Part shown: positions 7,215 to 15,200 of the stretch, one piece after another
Layout of the letters: every line of letters begins with the position of its first letter
Position numbering within the stretch: the first letter of the stretch is position 1
IMG/VR virus record: IMGVR_UViG_3300025652_000516
Span: 1-24,706 of that record
Reading direction: 5' to 3' (one strand)
Origin: a virus
Lineage: Duplodnaviria > Caudoviricetes
DNA length: 24,706 bases
The notes under the pieces: model-generated
Seen by the model: only the letters and a program-made list of their open reading frames with translations
The model's database searches: none
Told to the model about the DNA's origin: nothing
Translations under genes and position numbers: made by a program

Positions 7215-7487
7215 ATGGCTAGAAATAAATTAGCAGGGACTAAGGTAGGAAATAGTAAGAGTGCTAAGTTCTATCAAGACAACCCTGACGCTAAGAAGAA
7301 GAAGGATAAGTATAACGCTAAGTATGGTGCTAGCTTATCTAGGAAACTTTACAGAGCTTTTCTTAACGCTATGAATAAGAAAAAAGGCAAGAAAGGTGAT
7401 GGTAAGGATGTATCTCACACTAAAGGTGGAGGTACAGTCTTGGAGTCACAGAAAAATAATCGTGCTAGAAATCGAGGGAAGAAATAA
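7215..7487 (+). CDS. Small basic HNH-like protein
   Basis: GDGKDVSH...S..NRARN pattern resembling minimal phage HNH-like proteins; very Lys-rich. Confidence 0.6.
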   Translation: MARNKLAGTKVGNSKSAKFYQDNPDAKKKKDKYNAKYGASLSRKLYRAFLNAMNKKKGKKGDGKDVSHTKGGGTVLESQKNNRARNRGKK

Positions 7488-7507
7488 TTATTTCGTAAAT
7501 TTCCATC

Positions 7508-7966
7508 ATGCGATACAAGAGAAGAAAAGGTAAGCAGATAACTAAAGCTAAGAAACATACTGAGGATGGAATTACATTTGCCTCAGGCTTAGAATTGTAT
7601 TGCTATAAAGCCTTAAATAAAGCTAAAATCCCCCATGAGTATGAGGGCAAGACCTTCGAGCTTGTAGAAAAATTCAAGTTCGAGGGTCTCCTTATGGATA
7701 AAGGAACCACTAAAGGTAAAAAGGTTTACAAAGAAATGACTGGTAACATAAGAAGTATATCTTATACTCCAGACTTTATAAACTTAGATAAAGGGTTTAT
7801 AATAGAAACAAAAGGATTGAGAACCCCAGTATTTAACATGAGGTTTAAATTGTTTTTAAAATATCTACATGATAGTGATCAAAAACTAGATGTTTACATA
7901 CCATCAAACAGGAAACAAGTTGATGAAACAATAGAATCTATACTAACTAGAAAGTTTAAAAAATGA
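7508..7966 (+). CDS. Endonuclease I-like / DUF1064-like Holliday-junction resolvase
   Basis: FASGLE...YE...YTPDF...IIETKG motifs, as in the T7 gp3 endonuclease I family. Confidence 0.82.
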   Translation: MRYKRRKGKQITKAKKHTEDGITFASGLELYCYKALNKAKIPHEYEGKTFELVEKFKFEGLLMDKGTTKGKKVYKEMTGNIRSISYTPDFINLDKGFIIETKGLRTPVFNMRFKLFLKYLHDSDQKLDVYIPSNRKQVDETIESILTRKFKK

Positions 7967-8124
7967 GCAACAACGAGAAAGATGACTTTATTATAGACTC
8001 TGCAAAGAGAGCAGAAAAATCTAAACAAGATATTTTAGATTCTTGGATAGTAGATTTAACTGAGAAAGAACAGCCTGAAGCATGTAATATAGATGACGAG
8101 GACTGTGAAGCCTGTGGCTCGTAG
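7963..8124 (+). CDS. 53-aa acidic protein ending in a C-x6-C-x2-C motif (RNR alpha tail-like)
   Basis: MSNNEKDDF...SWIVDLTEKEQPEACNIDDEDCEACGS*. ATGA overlap with the upstream gene; stop 1 nt before the phoH ATG. Not in the ORF track. Confidence 0.8.
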   Translation: MSNNEKDDFIIDSAKRAEKSKQDILDSWIVDLTEKEQPEACNIDDEDCEACGS

Positions 8125-8125
8125 T

Positions 8126-8782
8126 ATGGACAACAAGAAGAAGCAACCACCAAAGGGTAATGTTAAGTTTAATATAACCTTATCTGAAGAGCAAAAGATA
8201 GCTAAGGAGCAGATACTAAACCATGCATTCAACTTTATTGTTGGGAAGGCTGGCTCTGGTAAGACGCTTTTAGCTGTTCAAATAGCTTTAGACATGTTCT
8301 TCAAGAGGCAGTATAATAAGATTATCATTACAAGACCTACTATAGCTACAGAGGATAATGGTTTCCTGCCTGGTGATGAGAAGGAGAAGCTAGAGCCTTG
8401 GCTTGTACCAATCATGTCGAATATGCGTAAGGTGTATAACAAGCCTGAGAAGATTCAAAAGATGGTTGAGAATGAAGAAGTTGAGTTAGTATCTTTAGCT
8501 CACTTTAGAGGTAGGACTTTTGATCACGCAGTAGTTATAATAGATGAGTTTCAGAACTTAACTAAGCCACAATTAAGAATGGCATTAGGTAGATTAGGTA
8601 AAGATTCTGTTATGATATTTTGTGGAGATAATCAACAGATAGATTTAGCATCGCAACTCAACTCAGCTATAGATGATGTACACAAGATAAAAGATAGTAA
8701 ACATGTCTACAAGGTAATATTAGAAGACAACCATAGACATAAAGCTATTGATGACGTTCTTAAATTATTAACTGGATACTAG
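8126..8782 (+). CDS. phoH: PhoH-family ATPase
   Basis: GKAGSGKT, ITRP, GFLPGD..EKL.PW, RGRTF, IIDEFQN, GRLG and GD..Q.DL motifs. The ATG at 8126 is preferred over 8093 because it avoids the 53-aa gene. Confidence 0.95.
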   Translation: MDNKKKQPPKGNVKFNITLSEEQKIAKEQILNHAFNFIVGKAGSGKTLLAVQIALDMFFKRQYNKIIITRPTIATEDNGFLPGDEKEKLEPWLVPIMSNMRKVYNKPEKIQKMVENEEVELVSLAHFRGRTFDHAVVIIDEFQNLTKPQLRMALGRLGKDSVMIFCGDNQQIDLASQLNSAIDDVHKIKDSKHVYKVILEDNHRHKAIDDVLKLLTGY

Positions 8783-8786
8783 AGCT

Positions 8787-9023
8787 ATGAAGCAAAGAAA
8801 AGATGGTACAAGTCCCTACTACACTAACAAATCTGTTAAGTCAAAAGTAGATAAGTTATTAAATGACAACTCTATTATATGGTCTAACATGGGGACAGGG
8901 ACTCCGTTAGATCTTAAGACTAGAAAAGCAGGTGAAAGTAAGTGGCAAGAATTAGCCCTTGAAATAAAAAAATTAGACGAAACTTACTTTAATGTTATAT
9001 GCCCATACGGTATAGATTCTTAA
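8787..9023 (+). CDS. Hypothetical protein (last gene of the + strand module)
   Basis: 78-aa ORF; its stop overlaps the stop of the convergent small gene. Confidence 0.7.
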   Translation: MKQRKDGTSPYYTNKSVKSKVDKLLNDNSIIWSNMGTGTPLDLKTRKAGESKWQELALEIKKLDETYFNVICPYGIDS

Positions 9024-9151
9024 TCCCATATAATATATATGCATATAGGTCCAGCAAATAGCTGGACTTCGTTGTATGGTACCTCTTCAGTTGCCTCGAA
9101 GTTCCTCATACCCAATAACAATCCCTTAATTAGTGCTACTCCTATTTCCAT
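9020..9151 (-). CDS. 43-aa small hydrophobic protein
   Basis: MEIGVALIKGLLLGMRNFEATEEVPYNEVQLFAGPICIYIIWD*. ATG at 9151; the longer 9250 start would run through a promoter and a terminator. Confidence 0.6.
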   Translation of the reverse strand: MEIGVALIKGLLLGMRNFEATEEVPYNEVQLFAGPICIYIIWD

Positions 9152-9160
9152 ACGATGTAA

Positions 9161-9188
9161 TAAAAAAAGGAGGGAATCACCCCTCCTT
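9161..9188 (-). terminator. Rho-independent terminator
   Basis: Minus strand reads AAGGAGGG-gtgatt-CCCTCC followed by TTTTTTT. Confidence 0.85.
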
Positions 9189-9235
9189 CTAACCAAAAAC
9201 CATCTAAGACTCTGAACAGAGTCTGAAGAAAAGCT
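9161..9235 (-). ncRNA. Candidate trans-acting small RNA (~75 nt)
   Basis: Dedicated TATATTTG promoter (9247-9240), perfect hairpin AGACTCTG-tt-CAGAGTCT (9207-9224), unpaired seed (9189-9206) and terminator. The 5' end is estimated from the -7 box. Confidence 0.6.
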
Positions 9236-9239
9236 AAAG

Positions 9240-9258
9240 CAAATATACAATATTATTT
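9240..9258 (-). promoter_or_regulatory. Bacteroidota -7 promoter element
   Basis: Minus strand AAATAATattgTATATTTG, intergenic, 25 nt downstream of the giant gene's stop codon. Confidence 0.7.
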
Positions 9259-9282
9259 CTACGTATATTGAACTTGATTAAA

Positions 9283-12200
9283 TTAATTTGCAAGCTCATA
9301 ATCTGCAGTATTAAGAATCTCATATGCTAACCACTTTGGCATTTTAACATTTGATCCTGTCATTATATTAATTATATCTACTCCACGACCTCCAGCTTTA
9401 CGAACACCCTTAGTTATCTTAACCATGTCTCTAAACTCACGTTCAAAATCTGAATCAAATAAATTATTGTCAGGATCTCTATATCTTTTCTTTGTATCTG
9501 ATTCACTTGATAAACTAAACTTGACACGATTTTTGAATGGAGTTGAAATTTTATCAATTAAACCTTCTTCACCTTGACTTAACTCCTTCATCTTTCTGTA
9601 AGTAGATGTGTAGTCAAACTTAGACGAAGTGTAAGGCATCAGTTTAGTAATACGCAAACCAAGCATAGCTAACATTTCTGTATCTACAGATCTATTTGTG
9701 TCAGTAGTCGCTGCAATTTCTGCTAACTTAGCTGCCTGATTTATGGTAGACGGTCCTATAACCTGTGCTACATACATAACTCCTTTAAACATTTTTGTTA
9801 ATGGATCATCAGACTCATTGTAAATTCTATTATTTCTATTTTCTATAACCTCTTTTATAGCAGATGTAGTCATATCAATAGATAGAAAGGGCTCGTATAT
9901 TTGTTTTACTACTCTAGTAAAAGACTCTAATCCTTCTTCGCTTTCAAAGCCTTTCATCATAACTCTAAAAGTATCTCTTATGAATCCTGTACCAGACATC
10001 TTAGACATATTAATATACTCTATATAAGGTACTTCTTGTCTATAGAAAGGACTTTTTGGATCCATATCTATCATTGTACCTCTACTTAATACAGTATTCT
10101 TACTATTTCTATCCCATTCTGCTATTATTCTTTCTATATGTTGATCCATCTCGAAGTCCGATCGTTCTTTCAATGACATGTCAAATTCTTCTTCTTCTTC
10201 GTCATCTCTAAATGCAGACATTATAGCTTGAGACAATCCATACCCACCCATTATCAAGGCTGTCTGAACCGACTCAGTTATAACTAATCCAGCTAAAGCA
10301 CTAGCCATTCTTTTAGAACCTAATGATTTTAACTTAGGATTGTTACTATTCATCTCTTCATTTGCTAACCTTAAAGCATTAAGAGAACATCTCCATGTTT
10401 CAGCTTGGAATGACACAAAAGTACCAACTAAAGGAAATCTACCAATACTTCTAATAAAAGCAGGAACCTCATCGTAGTTAGGATACGTACCTCTAACATT
10501 AATAGCTGCCTGTCTTCTAGCTAAGTCTTCTGGGAACCCAGCTTCCTTATACCTATTTATTTCAGTTGCAAAAGCTAAGAACTTAAAGACATCATCTTCG
10601 ACTTGATAAGCCTTAGTTAAAAACTTATCTGTTCCTTTGACTCCACCCTTAATTAAATCTTTTGCTTTTTCAATACCAGTAGCATCTTCATTCTTTCTTA
10701 TATACTCATTTATATCATATCCTGCACCATCTAATTGATTAGCTATAGAGTTTATCTCTTGCAAAAATGCATTTGTATTTACAACACCAAGTGTTATAGC
10801 TGCTTCATAAAGTTCTTGAAGTTGTGGATTGCTATTGTCATATGCAATAAACTTTATCATGTTTATAGCATCCTTAAACATAACTCCATTTGTTGCAACG
10901 TGTCCATTCATTAGGACAAAAGAAGTGTTACCAATAACGTTTCTAAAGTGAGTACCCAAACTCCATATAGTCTTAAACTTTTTACCAAGTAAAGATACTT
11001 GAAGGTATTTTCTCATTAAGTCGCTGTTAGCTGCAGACAATACAGACTCATCAAACTCATTAAGAACATTATACATTTCATTGTCAACAAAATAACCTTC
11101 TAACGCTCCCCACTTACTTCCTTTAAGTTTATTACCTGAGAATTTAGACGATTCACCCTGTGGTAAATTTGCATCTTCATCCATTGGTGGCATTATGAAA
11201 TCACCTAAACCAATATCTAGCAACTCTTCGTACATTCTTTCAGATGCTATATTGTTAGAAATCTTAGATACCGTAGTAAGATAATTGTTAAATGGATCGA
11301 CAACCTCTCCAAGTAAATCTCTAATCTCTTTTGGTAAGTTTGTATTTCTAGCTTTAAATATAGAAACATCAGATGTTAATGCGTTAGCAAAACCACCTCC
11401 AAAGTAATCAAGCGATCCAGATTCTTTTCTAAGTATTGTATCTATTTTTTTCTTAGCAACATCGTAAAGTTCTTCTACTGGTTTACCTTCATACTTCTTT
11501 TTTCCTTGAAGCTCACTAACCATAAATAATATAGCCTTCTCTCTAACCTCCTCAGTTGGTGAGTAAGATTTAGAACCATATAACTTATATTTTCTGTGTA
11601 GATAAATACCTTTATTAGCATCTATAGTTAATGCAAGTGGACCAGAAACTAAACCTTCGTCTAATAGTATAGTACTTAATGAGGTGACATGATTAACCAT
11701 TTCATTAATTACATTTAATAGCTTAGGGTTACCTTCAACCTTTCTAGCACTTTTGTTTGTTAGTAATAATTGTATCTTATCATGACCAACAACATCAGCT
11801 ATTAGCTGTTTTTGTTTTGCCTTGTCAGCATTCTTGTATGCATCAGTTTCTTTTATTTCAGATGTAATTTCTTTTATAACCTGCTGTAGTTTTTTAGCAT
11901 TACTATTAGCTATAAACAATTCTCTGTTTGCAGAACCTTTAGCATAAATCATAAGGTTCTTTATATCCATATTTGTATGCTGACCAGCAGGCTTAAACAA
12001 TATCTTACTAGCCCTAATATCATATCTTCTAGTGCTATCATATAGTTTAGAACCCTTATCTATCTCAGATTTTGTAAGACCTTTTTTGTCTGAGTCAAGT
12101 TTAATTCTACTTCCAAAGTATCTTAATCCTGATAAGAATTTACCAAGTTTGTAGTCTTGATTTATTAAAGAAGTTTTTAAGTCAAACAAGAATCCCATTG

Positions 12201-15200
12201 AGTCGCTTACATACATAGTCTTCTCTTTATTATTCACAAGAGAAAATCTAGTTGTAGGGTTAGACTGAACTGGTTCCCAAATCTCTACCATACCCTCACC
12301 ATCTTGATCATATATGAATCCTTGGAACCCAGCACTCTCTGCTACCTTAGCAGTTTCTTCCTGCTCGTTATATTGAATATCCTCAGCAGAAACTTCTTCG
12401 GTTTCTATTTCATCACAGTTATCGTCTAGAATCTCTTGAACTTGTTCTGGGTTAATTCCATAGTTTAACTGAACAGAAAGTCCATCATCATTCTGTATCA
12501 CTGACATTATATTTACGTCATCACCTAAATCACTATCATCTATTGCAGACTTTATTTTGTCTATAGATATATTTAAGTATTGTGGGTTATCAGTATTGAA
12601 GTTTAATGTTGATACAAATCTATTACCTTGCTCTTTAAACTTAGAGATGTTATGTTCAACCATAGATTTTATATCTAAAGGATCTAAGTCTAATGGGTAT
12701 AATCTATCCATAGGGAACATTCCCTTATTCTTCTCACCTTCAGTTATTATTCTATCGTCATCATTCTCATTTAAGTTAAAATGTAATCTAGGTCTAGCCC
12801 ATGTTTTCATTTTTGTTTCGGCATATCCAGAAACAGGCTCCACAGTAGGGTTTATTATGCCGACTCCTGACTGATTGTAACCAAATATGTTTAATACACC
12901 ATCTTTAACATCAAAGTAGTCGTAAAAGTCTGATAACTCAAAGTAGCTATTATTTAAAGCTTTTGCTTGATTAGGACTCATTACAACTTTGTCGTTTTTA
13001 GATAAGCTAAACTTAGAAACCCCACCTGATTTATTAATATTATCAGCAAAAGGTCTAACTGGTATTGACTTTAAAGGTTTGCCTTCTTCTTTAGCAGTTT
13101 CAATAAGTTCAAAGTTATCTTTAATAAATTGAGACTTTTTTACACTATCTCTATCAGCTCTATTATTAATTTTATTTATACCAAAGTAATCCTGTACTCC
13201 TACTCTTCTTTTTGTATAGGAATCAAAAAAATCTGAGTTATTATCAACAAAAAGATTAATGTTAATATTATTTTTTGTCCAGTCATTAAGATAAGAAAGA
13301 ATAATAGTATCAGATGATGTAATCGACTGAGCCTTTAGATAAAAACTCCACATACTACTGTTAGCACTTCCCCATTCTGATTCTTTAAAAGATTGTTTAA
13401 AAGTTGAATTAAGTCTATTGTAAAATTCTTCTTCCTCTTTTAGTCTTTTAATATATTTTTCTCTTGCAAAATCAGCTACAGCTAAAATTTTATAACCTAA
13501 ATTATCACCTTGATATGCACTTTCTACTATAAATAAACTATCATTTAAACTAGAAAGCTCGCTACTAGATACCTCACCTTCTTCAACTAAAAGTTCTTGT
13601 TCTTTTTGAATTAATCTCTCATAGCTTCGTATTTTATCTCTAAGTTCTGAATCTATAAAATCTATATCCTCTTGTTTTTCTATATTTACTAAGCTGAGAT
13701 CTTCTAACATGTCATTAAAATACGAACTAATCATGTCTAGATCTATATAATTAATACCAGCATGAATAGGTTCAAAAGAACCAACATCATCTTTTTCTGA
13801 ATATAAATTAGTTAAATTAATATCTACAAGACCCTGCTTCATATTTACATTCTGAATACTATCGTCAGATTGTATAGCTCTTATTTCATCTGCAGTAAGT
13901 TTACTACCTTTCTTTAATTTAAAAGATTTTCTTGGTGCTTTAGGATTAACTTTTAAATTTGAAGCTAACACCATCCCATCGTTAGTCAACTCAGTAAGAT
14001 TATCTTTATTTGATTTTGTACTTTGATTAGAAACTTTATCAATTTGAGACATACCTATGGAAGGTAAAGTCTCTTCATATATAATAGCAGAATTAGAGTC
14101 CTGAGACCATCCCTGAATACTCCTTACAATCTCGCCAGATGGGAACGTTATGTAGTCATAACCTTCTTTAGCTGCAATATTCAAAAGAGTTCTCATTATT
14201 AAACCGTTAGACTTTGCAACTGTACCCCAAGGCATATAGGTTATATTACCCATAGTTCCTCGATTTAATTGCATTTTCATATCTCTAATATCATTTTCTA
14301 TATCACGATTTTTTTGTCTAAGAGCTGTCCGAATTTTTAAATTTGATTTGTATTCTTTGACTGTTTGGTTCGATGAACTTAAAACATCTCCTATTAATTC
14401 TATCTCTCTCTTAATATTTTTTTGTTCATCTATTTTAGCATCTATTTTGGCTGACAACCTAGCTTCACCTCTTTCGGAAAGTCTATTAGTTGCATTAACG
14501 TCAGATCTTTTAGGTGCTTTAGTTTTAGGTCCTATAAAGTCATTTAAGTTTTTAATACCATTTCGACTTTTCCATTCATCAATCTTGTATTCAAATTGTC
14601 TCCTTTCTTCTTTATTTATTCTTTGTTGCCAATCTGACTGAACCTCTCTAATAAACATTATTTTATTCCCATCAGAATCAGTACGATCATCAATTCTAGC
14701 CCAACCAAGGACAGGTTTATATTTTGGAAAGTGACCTTGTGATGCGTACAAGTTACTTGTGTTTATAGGATTAGGATGAGTAAGAACAATCTCTCTGTAG
14801 TTAGGTCCTTGATCTATGTCACTTCTACTCATGTTATAGTCCTCATATTCAGCTTGAGGAAAGTACAACTCAACTACATCCTTTAATTTTATAATAAGTT
14901 TCTTACTAGGAGATTGTCTGTAAAAATCAGACTTCATTATTTCAAAACCTAGATTATTAAATATGGCTCTATCAATTAAAATATCATCAAAACCAACGCT
15001 AGTTAATAGTTCTTGTATTCCTTCTTGAGTAGACTCATCATTGATTCCTCTTCGTATTTGAACAAACTCTGCAATTACTTCAGCTAAATCTCCATACCTA
15101 AGAGACTCAACCTGTAAGGATGAAATTTTACTAGCATTAAAAGAATCAATAGTATGTTGATATATAGCATCAAATAAATCTACTTCAAAAGGAAAACTTC

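Noticed and set aside
7482-7503. AAATAAT...TAAATTTC as a further promoter
   Set aside because: Mismatch at the conserved final G, a different spacer, and only 4 nt before the ATG; too weak.
2565-8153. Minus-strand ORFs 2565-2756, 3980-4237, 5745-6071, 5846-6064, 6236-6418, 6492-6692 and 7956-8153
   Set aside because: Antisense shadows of well-supported + strand genes, with no recognisable motifs.
9167-9190. AAGGAGG (perfect SD) and GGAATCACCCCTCCTTCT, resembling the 16S rRNA 3' end
   Set aside because: Fully explained as the two arms of the terminator stem; no suitably spaced start codon and no other rRNA similarity.
9207-9224. Palindrome as a possible CRISPR repeat or mini-array
   Set aside because: Single copy, no repeat-spacer periodicity, no recognisable CRISPR repeat ends and no cas genes in the window.
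9152-9250. N-terminal extension of the 76-aa ORF 9020-9250
   Set aside because: It starts upstream of the promoter box and crosses the hairpin and terminator; the ATG at 9151 is more plausible.
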